Program-made: the position numbers and the translations under genes | Notes under the pieces: generated by a model | Database searches by the model: none | What the model saw: only the letters and a program-made list of their open reading frames with translations | Told to the model about the DNA's origin: nothing | Assembly: GCA_900545275.1 (NCBI GenBank) | Contig: UQYG01000003.1 | Coordinates: forward strand, 99,032 to 163,031 | Direction of reading: 5' to 3' | DNA: 64,000 nt | Source of the DNA: an uncultured Sutterella sp. | Lineage (GTDB): Bacteria > Pseudomonadota > Gammaproteobacteria > Burkholderiales > Burkholderiaceae_F | Shown: positions 29,458-37,458 of the stretch, piece after piece | Layout of the letters: every line of letters starts with the position of its first letter | How positions within the stretch are numbered: the stretch's first letter is position 1

Positions 29458-29733
29458 ATGACCCGCACGTACATTCCACCGCATCCCGGCCGCTATCTCC
29501 GGGAAGATCTCGAAGAGTTTGGGATCGATCCCCGAACCTTTGCAAAACGCATCGGCGTTGAACCGGAGGACCTTCTCGCCGTGCTCGACGAAAAGGCCCC
29601 CATCACGCAGGATCTTGCAGAGAGGATCGCCGGAAACCTCGAAGGCCCGCCCGCGGCCATGTGGTTCGCCATGCAGAAGGAATTCGAGGCGTGGCGGGCG
29701 GCACACAGTACGCCTGACGAACCTTCCGACTGA
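29458..29733 (+). CDS. higA: HigA-family antitoxin-like HTH protein (XRE), apparently orphan
   Basis: 91 aa from ATG at 29458 with RBS aaggag. The HPGRYLREDLEE...GVEPEDLLAVLDEKAPITQDLAERIA stretch matches the HigA/VapI antidote HTH. No higB-sized ORF upstream. Confidence 0.65.
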   Translation: MTRTYIPPHPGRYLREDLEEFGIDPRTFAKRIGVEPEDLLAVLDEKAPITQDLAERIAGNLEGPPAAMWFAMQKEFEAWRAAHSTPDEPSD

Positions 29734-29760
29734 TCGCTCAAACGCTTTTCCAAAACGAAG

Positions 29761-29793
29761 ACGGCTCCGATTTCAGTCTTGAATCGGAGCCGT
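29761..29793. terminator. Bidirectional hairpin terminator between higA-like gene and HNH fragment 1
   Basis: acggctccgatt-tcagtcttg-aatcggagccgt 12 bp stem. Confidence 0.5.
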
Positions 29794-29815
29794 TCGTCGT
29801 AAAGAGGTCGGGGCG

Positions 29816-30052
29816 TTATGCCTTCCACCCGTAGTACTCGCGATGCGCCGCCGTAATCTCGTCGTGCTCGGCTTCCGAGACGAGGATCATGTTGTCGACG
29901 CTGTCGGCGCCGCCCTCGGAAATCGGCTGAATGTGGTGCACCTCGTAGCCTTCGGGAAGCTCGTCGTAGCCGTGCTGCGCGAGGAATTCCGACCGCACAC
30001 AAGGATCCTGCACGGCGTCCTCTGCATCGACGTGCTCGGCCGTTGGCTCCAT
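29816..30052 (-). pseudogene. HNH (colicin-DNase-type) nuclease C-terminal cassette, 5'-truncated copy 1 (78 aa)
   Basis: EHVDAEDAV...GYEVHHIQPISEGGADSVDNMILVSEAEHDEITAAHREYYGWKA matches the HH-x13-N-x8-H-x6-H pattern. About 90% identical to the C-terminus of the 258 aa gene at 33048..33824. Homology breaks at a degenerate CRISPR repeat just upstream. Confidence 0.6.
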
Positions 30053-30114
30053 GCCCGCACCGATGTGGGCGGCATCTTTGTGGCGTCTTTGACAAGATGC
30101 ACGGTTTAAATCAA

Positions 30115-30344
30115 GCTCGAATCAGCCTTTCATCCCTTTAAGATCAGGGTTTCATTCGAACTCTTGCGACTTTCAAAACCTTCTCACAGTGGACTTCCGT
30201 GGGGATATTTCCAATTTTTGGTGGAAGACGGAGAGTTGACCTGAAACTTTGATCAATGCCAAACATCTTGTTTTGCCGATCCCTTTAGGAAAAGTCGGTA
30301 ATTTCTTGGAGAAGACCAATGCGACACTTTAGCACGAATGCCAC
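30115..30344 (-). repeat. Degenerate CRISPR repeat (30115..30151) plus 193 bp leader-like element (degraded cas6 3' end), copy 1
   Basis: ctttcatccctttaagatcagggtttcattcgaac resembles the 36 bp repeat. The following 193 bp is about 85% identical to 32863..33047 and homologous to the 3' end of cas6 at 39262..39440. Confidence 0.75.
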
Positions 30345-30722
30345 TCAGGCTTTCCAGCCGTAGTATTCGCGGTGCGCGGCGGTAATTTTATCGTGCTCGG
30401 CTTTCGTGACGAGTATCATGTTACCGACGCTGTCGGCTCCGCCCTCGGATATGGGGTGGATGTGGTGCACCTCGTAGCCTTCGGGAAGCTCTTCGTAACC
30501 GTGTTGCGCCAAGAACTCCGCCCGTACGGCCGGATCGCGCACGACCTCGTCGGCTTCGACGTGCTCGGCCATCGGGTTCTTCCCCGCGTCGATGAGTGCC
30601 TCGAGGTCCGACTCGTCTCCCACGAATATGCCGTTTTCGACCGAACCTTCCGGCAGGGACGCATAGGTGAAGCTTCCCTCGGGCACGTCGTCGGAACCGC
30701 CAGCATTTGTACCTGCCAGCAT
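30345..30722 (-). pseudogene. HNH nuclease cassette, 5'-truncated copy 2 (125 aa ORF; homology extends to approx. 30765 with in-frame stop)
   Basis: EGSFTYASLPEGSVENGIFVG...EVHHIHPISEGGADSVGNMILVTKAEHDKITAAHREYYGWKA. Upstream in-frame sequence F-I-A-S-L-G-I-G matches the TM region of the full-length copy and is preceded by a TAG stop. Confidence 0.6.
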
Positions 30723-30864
30723 CCCGATACCGAGCGACGCTATAAAAGCGGTACGCTAGGTTGTTCTCTATTTGCGAGAGATCTTTCTGGAAACAGAGCT
30801 TTGGCGTCTGCAGCGAGTCGTGCGTTACCGTTCAGGTTCTCCTTCTAGTCCGTAACGCTTGAGC

Positions 30865-32475
30865 TTAGGTACGCGGCTCTGGCCGAGTACCTTCCTCGGC
30901 GAACAAGGCGTTCAGGTCAAATTCATCAATCTGAAATTCAAGTTTGGCCGTCAATTTCTGTACGGCCTTCTTGATAGGCGCAATCGTCCATTTCCCGTCA
31001 ATCTTAGTAGCCGTAATCTTTCCGAGAATAAGTCGCAGATCTTCAAAAGAAATATTTTTATCCTCGCCAATTCGAGTTATATCTGCCATGCAGTCCATCG
31101 CCATAGTTGCTGACAAGTGATTCAGAAACAACCAAGCTTCCTGGCTAATACGGTCTCGGATGTAGGACGCGTCAAAATCCAAACTTGCCCCATAGGTCTT
31201 GAAAAACTGCTCGATTGACTGACGTTGCTTGTCGGTTCGGTAAACCTGATGACTGTTCAGGTCAGTACGGTTCGTCCGCAAGGTAACGGTTCCCATCTCA
31301 GGAATGTCTTGGAGCACCTTTCTCATGTCCCTGGGCTGCAAGAGATCCATTTGTTCGTCGGTCAGTTTTCCAACTCCCTTTTCTCTGCGCAGCAGCTCTT
31401 TCTGAACCTTGGCGTCATTCTGTTCATTCTTGCGCTCCGTACGCTCTGCGGCATCGGCAAGCTCGTTGGCGTATAGCTGCGTGTCGAGGTAGACGAATAC
31501 ATTGAACCCATTTCCTTCGATTTTGAAGGATTTAATTGCTCTTCCGTTGTACATAAACAGATCAGAGAAGCAATCATCCGTCAAAGGCAAATAGGGCTCA
31601 ACCAATTTACTGCCGCGCTTAATTGGAATCACGTAAGAGAGTTTCTTTTCGGCTAACGCTTTAAAATCTTCTTCCGATGCAAACCCTTTGTCGGCTATTA
31701 CCGTGTACTGACAACTGGAGATTCCAGACTCTTCCAGAACATCAGAAAAGGCGCTGATATCTGGTGTGCTGCCGAGGAATTGCTTGTAGTAGACGGGCAT
31801 GCTGGTGTCGTTGCCGAGCGTGTAAACGTACAGCAAATTAACCTGCGGCTTGAAGCGACGCTTTGAGTCGTACCCCAGTTCCGCCAGCTCCATTGTTTTG
31901 GACGACGTAATCAATCGGTGACCGTCAAAAAGAATAAAGACGTCGCGCTTGTTTACGTCTTCCCTCATGAAGCGTGAGATGGTCTCACGCCGTCGCCCTA
32001 GAGTTTGCAACAAAGAAGAATTGCTCAGCGGATCGAACGAAAGATCGGGAATCAAGTGTGCAAGTAAGCTTGTCTCGTAGTGTGCCTGTAGCCGACGGAA
32101 TCGCGGTTCCTTAATGGCTCGCAGAACGGCTGCGACATAGAGCTTCTCCCAAAGGTCAGGAAAATATTCCTTCAGACGTTCACGCAACGACGCCGTACGT
32201 TCCCAGAAATAAAGCACAGCACCGGCTTCGACAACGTCGGAAATCTGACCAACGGGAAAGGTTTTCTTCTGCTCATCAACGAGTCTTCGTTTCGTGGCAA
32301 CAAGACCGTCGGACGTGATTTTGCCAAGGCATTTCCCGGAGATTTTTCGGCTCCGTTTAATTGCCGGATCGTATTTGCTAAATCGTTCGTAGAGATACCA
32401 GTTGTTCCCGATCTTCTTGATCTCGGTGTTTTTCTGTCGCGGAAAATTCAACACATAGTCCGGTTTTTCAGTCAT
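30865..32475 (-). CDS. DDE transposase (IS4/IS1634-like family)
   Basis: ORF 30865..32541; probable start MTEKPDYVL at 32475; 536 aa, low GC; family assignment from size and architecture only. Confidence 0.6.
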   Translation of the reverse strand: MTEKPDYVLNFPRQKNTEIKKIGNNWYLYERFSKYDPAIKRSRKISGKCLGKITSDGLVATKRRLVDEQKKTFPVGQISDVVEAGAVLYFWERTASLRERLKEYFPDLWEKLYVAAVLRAIKEPRFRRLQAHYETSLLAHLIPDLSFDPLSNSSLLQTLGRRRETISRFMREDVNKRDVFILFDGHRLITSSKTMELAELGYDSKRRFKPQVNLLYVYTLGNDTSMPVYYKQFLGSTPDISAFSDVLEESGISSCQYTVIADKGFASEEDFKALAEKKLSYVIPIKRGSKLVEPYLPLTDDCFSDLFMYNGRAIKSFKIEGNGFNVFVYLDTQLYANELADAAERTERKNEQNDAKVQKELLRREKGVGKLTDEQMDLLQPRDMRKVLQDIPEMGTVTLRTNRTDLNSHQVYRTDKQRQSIEQFFKTYGASLDFDASYIRDRISQEAWLFLNHLSATMAMDCMADITRIGEDKNISFEDLRLILGKITATKIDGKWTIAPIKKAVQKLTAKLEFQIDEFDLNALFAEEGTRPEPRT

Positions 32476-32522
32476 TTGGAGCCTCAGACATACCAACCTA
32501 ATAGGTTGGGTTATTATACAAG

Positions 32523-32550
32523 AAAACGAGGTTGCGCGCAACCTCGTTTT
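32523..32550. terminator. Perfect palindromic hairpin inside IS upstream end
   Basis: aaaacgaggttgcgcgcaacctcgtttt. Confidence 0.4.
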
Positions 32551-32621
32551 CTCAAGTCAGACAGTCTTTTACCCAAAGCTGTCGCTTGCAAAGGAAGTAC
32601 CTAACTCCAAGCGTTACGGTC

Positions 32622-32862
32622 TAGTTTCATCCCTTTGATTGCAGGGTTTCATTCAAGGTAGAGGCTGGGTTGCCGAACATCACTGGAGAGTCCCAATCCC
32701 TTTGCATTCAGGGCTTCATTCGAAGTTGTACGTGGAGGGATGGGGCATGGAAACGCGGTCTCAATCCCTTCGAGATCAGGGTTTCATTCGAACTTGAAAA
32801 CAGAGTTGATTTCTCCAGAGTTTTATGTCTCAATCCCTTCGAGATCAGGGTTTCATTCGAAC
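32622..32862 (-). CRISPR. CRISPR mini-array: two degenerate plus two intact 36 bp repeats (repeat variant cgaGatc), spacers 32-33 nt
   Basis: Intact repeats gtctcaatcccttcgagatcagggtttcattcgaac at 32758..32793 and 32827..32862. Degenerate repeats at approx. 32622..32658 and 32690..32725. Degenerate end abuts the IS right IR. Confidence 0.85.
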
Positions 32863-33047
32863 TCTTGCGACTTCCAGAACCTTCTCGCAGAGGACTTCCG
32901 CGGGAGTATTTCCAATTTTTGTTTGGAGACGGAGACTTGACTCGAAACTTTGATCAACATCAAGCATATTGTGTTTTGCCGGTCCCATTAGGAAAAGTTG
33001 GTAATTTCTTGAAGAAGACCACTGCGACACTTTAGCACGAATGTCAC
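32863..33047 (-). repeat. Leader-like element, copy 2 (degraded homolog of cas6 3' coding end)
   Basis: 185 bp between the last intact repeat and the HNH stop. The 61 aa minus-strand ORF inside (…KIGNTPAEVLCEKVLEVARVRMKP) is homologous to the cas6 C-terminus (…KIGTDPLELNSEKPLTVGAVRMKP). Copy 1 has a frame-disrupting indel, so it is not under coding selection. Confidence 0.7.
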
Positions 33048-33824
33048 TCAGGCTTTCCAGCCGTAGTACTCGCGGTGCGCCGCGGTGATTTCATCGTGCT
33101 CGGCTTCCGAGACGAGGATCATGTTCTCGACGCTGTCGGCGCCGCCCTCGGAAATGGGTTGGATGTGGTGCACTTCGTAGCCATCGGGAAGTTCGACGTA
33201 GCCGTGCTGCGCCAAGAACTCCGCCCGCACGCCCGGATCGCGCACAGCCTCTTCCGCGTCGACGTGTTCGGACGTCGGATCCTTCCCCGCGTCGATGAGC
33301 GCTTCGAGATCCGACGCGTTCCCTACGAACATCCCGTTTTCCACCGAACCTTCCGGCAGGGAGGCATAGGTGAAGCTTCCCTCGGGCATGCCTTCCGCTC
33401 CGCCCGGCTCTGCGTCCGCGTCCACGTCACCTGCGCCGTCGAGAAGACTCGCCCCCGCGAGCGCTCCGATCCCGAGGGACGCGATGAAGGCGGCGCGCTG
33501 GGCATTCTTCCCGTTCGACAAAAAGGCCTCGGGGGACGGCGCTTTGGCGGCGTCTTCGACGAGCTGCGCGGTGCCGTCGAGCGCCTGTCCGAACCCCGCA
33601 ACGACCTGATCGACGCGTCGACCCACGCGGTCGAAGGCCGTTTCGGTGCGCCCGTGACAGACGTCGTTCAAAGCGCTCGCCGCAGTGTTGATCGTCGCGG
33701 CGGTACCCGCAAGAATGCCCGTCGCGAGATGCACGCCCGTGCGACCGGCAAATCCCACGACTTGGCAACCGATGCGTACGGCCCGCGATAGGTTGATTCC
33801 CTTTTCTCTCTGAAAACGCGCCAT
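33048..33824 (-). CDS. Full-length HNH (colicin-DNase-type) nuclease protein with Ala/Gly-rich N-terminal region and predicted TM helix (258 aa)
   Basis: C-terminal approx. 75 aa HNH domain (HHIQPISEGGADSVENMILVSEAEH...H). Hydrophobic segment AAFIASLGIGALAGASLL. No signal peptide. Separated by 46 and 68 bp from upstream genes on the same strand, downstream of the cas operon. Confidence 0.7.
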   Translation of the reverse strand: MARFQREKGINLSRAVRIGCQVVGFAGRTGVHLATGILAGTAATINTAASALNDVCHGRTETAFDRVGRRVDQVVAGFGQALDGTAQLVEDAAKAPSPEAFLSNGKNAQRAAFIASLGIGALAGASLLDGAGDVDADAEPGGAEGMPEGSFTYASLPEGSVENGMFVGNASDLEALIDAGKDPTSEHVDAEEAVRDPGVRAEFLAQHGYVELPDGYEVHHIQPISEGGADSVENMILVSEAEHDEITAAHREYYGWKA

Positions 33825-33892
33825 TTCTTCCTCCTTTTCTTCCGGCGGGAATCGAAACCTTCGGTCCGATTCCCTCGATTCTCCTCCAAACC

Positions 33893-34270
33893 TCAGGGCC
33901 AGGGGCTCATGCCGTTCCTGTTGCCCCAGGGATCCGTGCTCGGACGGTCCACGTAGCCTCCGCTCGGCGTCATCTCGTAGTCGGGCGTGGAGCCGTAGGA
34001 CCCGTCGGGACGGATGTAGCTGTTGTGTCCGGGACCGTAGGAACCGTCCGGATGCATGTGATAGTCACCCGAAGGGCCGTAACTGCCGTCGGGATACATC
34101 TGGGTCGACGACCCAGAGTGGTAGCTGCCGTCCGGAGCCATCGTCATCTTGCCGTCCGGACCGTAGCTGCCGTCGGGGTACATCTGGAAGGCGGCCGCGG
34201 AAAAGCTCACGGCCGCGAGCCCCGCGAAGAGACCGCCCAAAAGCAAGGATTTGGCGAGAGGTTGATACAT
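33893..34270 (-). CDS. Secreted small repeat protein (approx. 7 tandem 14-aa PDGSYGP repeats)
   Basis: ORF 33893..34396; likely start MYQPLAKSLLLGGLFAGLAAVSFSAAAF (signal peptide) at 34270; repeats M-x-PDGSYGP-x4. Confidence 0.55.
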   Translation of the reverse strand: MYQPLAKSLLLGGLFAGLAAVSFSAAAFQMYPDGSYGPDGKMTMAPDGSYHSGSSTQMYPDGSYGPSGDYHMHPDGSYGPGHNSYIRPDGSYGSTPDYEMTPSGGYVDRPSTDPWGNRNGMSPWP

Positions 34271-34316
34271 GGCTTTTCCTCCTTTCTTTTGAAAAATGGG
34301 GTACCGGCGCGGAGAA

Positions 34317-35480
34317 TCAGTGGTTCTCCGCGACCGGGATTTGAATGTCGTCGGGTACGAGCGCAAGTGCGTAGGCGACGAAAGGGCGCTTCCCATAAGT
34401 GACGATCCGAAAACGCGCAGCTGCCGCCTTGCCGAGTTTTTTCGCGAGTGCGGAACCGATCTGTGAGCGCTTTTCCTGGAAGTACTTGAGAAAGTCCTCG
34501 TCGGATCGGATCGCTTTTCGAGCGCGCTCGATGTCCCCAGGACGAGTGGGAAAGAGTCTCTCGTACAAGGGGAAGAACTCTTCCTCGGCGTGCCGAAGTC
34601 CCGGACGAACGGGATCTTCCTTTCTCTTTGCGCGTTCTGCCATCCAATGAAGGGTCGCGTACTGCGCGGGAGCGAGAAGCACGTCGACGCCGTCGCAGAC
34701 GACGCCCCGCGCGTCGTCGCGCAAAGCGAGGGCGGTGGACGGGAAAAGCGTCCGCTGCGCCTCTTCTACGGCACGTCCGTAAGAGGCGTCGCCTGTAAGA
34801 AGATCTTCAGGCAATCCCGTGCGAAGCCGCACGATCGGAATGTCGGCGAGCATCACGCGCGCATCCGAAGAAGAGTAGGCGACGCCGCGGGCGTCCACGA
34901 TTTCCTTTTCTTCGGGCGGCGGATAGAAGAAGTCTCGGTTCGATTCGAAAGGTTCGTTGACGAGCACGTGTGAAACGGAGTCCCGCGCTCTGGCGAAAAG
35001 CGACATGGCGTAACCCGCGAAAAAGCCCATGCTCTTTCGGCCTCCGGCGATCGAGACGTGCACGATGGTGTTCGGGTCCGAACAGGCGTTGCCGATCACG
35101 CGAACGATCGTGTCGGCGGCCGCGGCATTCTCTTCGGGGGTGCGAATGTCGTCGAGTTCCCGTCCATCGCCGCCCTTAATGACGGTGATGGAATCTAAGT
35201 CAAAACGAATCTTTCCGACGAGACCGTAGTCGCGGCAAAAAGCGTGAAAGCGGCCCTCAGCGGGATCAAGCAGGTCGCGCAGAGCACGGTTTCGCCCGTT
35301 GCAGGTGGTGATGAGGCGCACCTCGTCAGGACAGAAACGACGCTCTTTGATCAGCGCCCAAATCGTTTCCGTGACGACCTGAGGCGACATGCCGACGACG
35401 GCGACGAGCAGTCTTCTCGGGACTCGCACCGACGTTTCTTCTTTGGAATTTCCAGGTTTCACGTTTTTCCTCCTTTTCAT
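34317..35480 (-). CDS. CARF-domain CRISPR-associated ancillary protein (NE0113/Csm6-Csx1-like N-terminus; C-terminal effector domain unassigned)
   Basis: 387 aa; N-terminal LLVAVVGMSPQVVTETIWAL resembles CARF domain motif; last gene of cas cluster before PDGSY/HNH genes. Confidence 0.55.
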   Translation of the reverse strand: MKRRKNVKPGNSKEETSVRVPRRLLVAVVGMSPQVVTETIWALIKERRFCPDEVRLITTCNGRNRALRDLLDPAEGRFHAFCRDYGLVGKIRFDLDSITVIKGGDGRELDDIRTPEENAAAADTIVRVIGNACSDPNTIVHVSIAGGRKSMGFFAGYAMSLFARARDSVSHVLVNEPFESNRDFFYPPPEEKEIVDARGVAYSSSDARVMLADIPIVRLRTGLPEDLLTGDASYGRAVEEAQRTLFPSTALALRDDARGVVCDGVDVLLAPAQYATLHWMAERAKRKEDPVRPGLRHAEEEFFPLYERLFPTRPGDIERARKAIRSDEDFLKYFQEKRSQIGSALAKKLGKAAAARFRIVTYGKRPFVAYALALVPDDIQIPVAENH

Positions 35481-35530
35481 TGCTTTTTACTGACGCAAAG
35501 TCAGAAACGCCCCCGCCCTTCGTAGACGTT

Positions 35531-36679
35531 TCATTCTTCCAGAAGCGCTCGGAACACCTCGCCTCCGCGCCGCAGGTCGGAACGGGTGAGAACCTTGATC
35601 TTTTGGTCTTTGGCCCGCTGCAGATCCTTTTCCTTGAGGGGGACGAAAGTCACCAAGACTGCCTGCACGGCGCTTCCCAATCGCTTTGCGAGGAGCCCGA
35701 GCTTGGAAAGTGCATCGTTCGCATCGTTTTTGCCGTAGTCGATCGTCTTGCACTCGAACACGAAAAGTCGGTTGCGGTACCAGACCGGGACGTCGAGCTC
35801 GTTGTGTGTTCCCGAGAGATTCGTTTTCGACTCGTGCCCTTCGCAGTACTCGACCGTGAGGTTCGTATCGACGATAAGACCGGGCAGGTGCAATTTACGG
35901 ATCACGTCGCTCACGTATTCTTCTAGCCAGCCACCGTTGACGAAAAATCTCGTTTCCTCATTGGTGAATCGGATCTTGCTGCCGTGAATCGAGAGAAGAT
36001 CGCCTTCCACAAGTCGGTCTGCCAGGGCGGCGAGTGCCGGATCGCGATCGACGTCCTTGCCGTCAATCGAAAGACTGTCCTTGGCTACTGAAGCCAAGTA
36101 GTTGAGAGTCGGAACGAGTTTGGCGAGAGAATCGCTTTTGACGAGCTCTTCGGAGAGCGTGAGAAGTTCCAGTGTAAAGGGCATTCCCCGCTTCGTTTCT
36201 TCCGCGCGGAATCCATAGGCGCGCAGGTAGGGCAGAAGGGGTTTCGCAAAACGAAGCGGAATCTTCCGGACACCGCGGACGTTCGCACCGAAGTAGAGCA
36301 CTTCTCCCGTGTCGTGCTGGAGGTAGAAGCTGTCGAGATCGGCGAGTTGTGCAACACGTTGCGCAACGAGGCTCATGAGTTTCGTTCCGCCCGTCAGATT
36401 CACCGCGGTACCCTTGTCGAGATTCTCGACGAGCGTCAAAAGAAGGTTTTCGAGCTTCTCTACGTCGTAGGCGTCGTCGAGCGGCACGCGTTCGCATTCG
36501 ATCGGATAGGGGAGAAGCTTGATCGCTTCCTCCAGGCTGCGCGCGGCTTCGGACATCTGGGGCGTCACGGCGAGGAGAACGCGTTGCGGAGCGAAGTCGC
36601 GGTCGAGAAGCGGCAGCAAATTGGCGGCCGCCTGCTGCGAGACGAAGCAAAGGTGAGTGTGCGGGACGGAATCGGACAT
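35531..36679 (-). CDS. can2: Can2/Card1-like cOA-activated nuclease (CARF plus PD-(D/E)xK nuclease)
   Basis: ORF 35531..36772; start MSDSVPHTHLCFVSQQAAANLLPLL at 36679; N-terminal CARF-like region, C-terminal LFVFECKTIDYGKND (E-x-K) nuclease motif. Confidence 0.6.
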   Translation of the reverse strand: MSDSVPHTHLCFVSQQAAANLLPLLDRDFAPQRVLLAVTPQMSEAARSLEEAIKLLPYPIECERVPLDDAYDVEKLENLLLTLVENLDKGTAVNLTGGTKLMSLVAQRVAQLADLDSFYLQHDTGEVLYFGANVRGVRKIPLRFAKPLLPYLRAYGFRAEETKRGMPFTLELLTLSEELVKSDSLAKLVPTLNYLASVAKDSLSIDGKDVDRDPALAALADRLVEGDLLSIHGSKIRFTNEETRFFVNGGWLEEYVSDVIRKLHLPGLIVDTNLTVEYCEGHESKTNLSGTHNELDVPVWYRNRLFVFECKTIDYGKNDANDALSKLGLLAKRLGSAVQAVLVTFVPLKEKDLQRAKDQKIKVLTRSDLRRGGEVFRALLEE

Positions 36680-36768
36680 GGCGAAAGTTTGAAAAGATAG
36701 TGCGGGAGAATGCAAAGGAATCGAAAGGTTCTGCCTTCGGTTTATTTTCACATCAATTCGTGCGTCTG

Positions 36769-37086
36769 TCACGACCCGCGCAGAGGTATGCCGTCGGAGC
36801 GTTTCGTAACGACGAATTCTTCGAGCCGCCCACGGAAGGTACGCACCGCCGTAAGGTCAAGCTCCTTGCCGCGGGCCTCGGGCGTGAGGTCGAGCGTGAG
36901 CGAGAAAAACTGGGCGCCCCTGGCGCAGACCTCGGACGCCAATCCCACGGGAAGTGTTCCGAGCACCGTGTCGCCGGCCTGCACTTCTTCGGAAGAGAGG
37001 TGCTCGACCCAGCGGTCCACGGGGAGCCCTTCGCTCTTGGCCCAGGCCACGGCGCCGGGATGACGGGAAACAAACCAAACGGTCAT
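36769..37086 (-). CDS. Small CRISPR-associated protein, Csx16/VVA1548-like (tentative)
   Basis: ORF 36769..37311; probable start MTVWFVSRHPGAVAWA at 37086 (105 aa); family assignment from memory of the VVA1548 N-terminal motif. Confidence 0.4.
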   Translation of the reverse strand: MTVWFVSRHPGAVAWAKSEGLPVDRWVEHLSSEEVQAGDTVLGTLPVGLASEVCARGAQFFSLTLDLTPEARGKELDLTAVRTFRGRLEEFVVTKRSDGIPLRGS

Positions 37087-37448
37087 GAAAAGAATTTTTC
37101 CTTTGTGCTGAAGAAATCGAGCTTCTCGCAAGAGAGCTCGTCTTCCGGTTCCATCTCGGAGAGTGAAAGCTCTCCGGGCAGGGCGCTCCACGAGATACCT
37201 GCGGGGAGCGTTCCTTTTCCCGAGTGACCGCGTGCCCCGCGGTCGGGAATGCGATAGCAACGGACGTCGTCCTCCCGCAAGTCCACGACGGTTCGCATGA
37301 CCGAAGCGCAACGGAGCGCATCGCTCGGCGTCCCGGACAGGATGAACACGCTGTATTCGATCGGTATCCCGAAACCGAGCATTTTGTGGTGAACTTTCGC
37401 GAGGCGTTTCGGATCCCGTATGTCGTAACCGATAACGTAGGTACTCAA
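37083..37448 (-). CDS. cas2: Cas2 (copy a, downstream of cas1; TTG start)
   Basis: Within ORF 37083..37979. TTG start after RBS aaggag, overlapping the cas1 stop. MSTYVIGYDIRDPKRLAKVHHKMLGFGIPIEYSVFIL...CYRI matches the Cas2 fold pattern (catalytic Asp in YDI). Confidence 0.65.
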   Translation of the reverse strand: MSTYVIGYDIRDPKRLAKVHHKMLGFGIPIEYSVFILSGTPSDALRCASVMRTVVDLREDDVRCYRIPDRGARGHSGKGTLPAGISWSALPGELSLSEMEPEDELSCEKLDFFSTKEKFFS

Positions 37449-37458
37449 GGGGACTCCT

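Larger units (their letters stand above)
30845..32624 (-). mobile_element. IS element (approx. 1.78 kb) with 28 bp imperfect terminal inverted repeats, inserted at the end of CRISPR mini-array
   Basis: Left IR ctagtccgtaacgcttgagcttaggtac (30845..30872) and right IR gtacctaactccaagcgttacggtctag (32597..32624). Interior is AT-rich relative to flanks and carries a single DDE transposase ORF. Confidence 0.7.

Noticed and set aside
32845-33030. 61 aa minus-strand ORF in the leader-like element
   Set aside because: Homologous to the cas6 C-terminus, but copy 1 of the same element carries a frame-disrupting indel, so it is a decaying remnant or leader rather than a conserved small gene.
32670-33035. 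121 aa plus-strand ORF spanning the CRISPR mini-array
   Set aside because: Translation of repeats (NPFEIRVSFE repeated); an artefact of repeat periodicity.
33048-33824. HNH proteins as IscB/Cas9-like RNA-guided nucleases
   Set aside because: Far too small (78-258 aa) and lacking RuvC segments; the HNH is a colicin-DNase-type module only.
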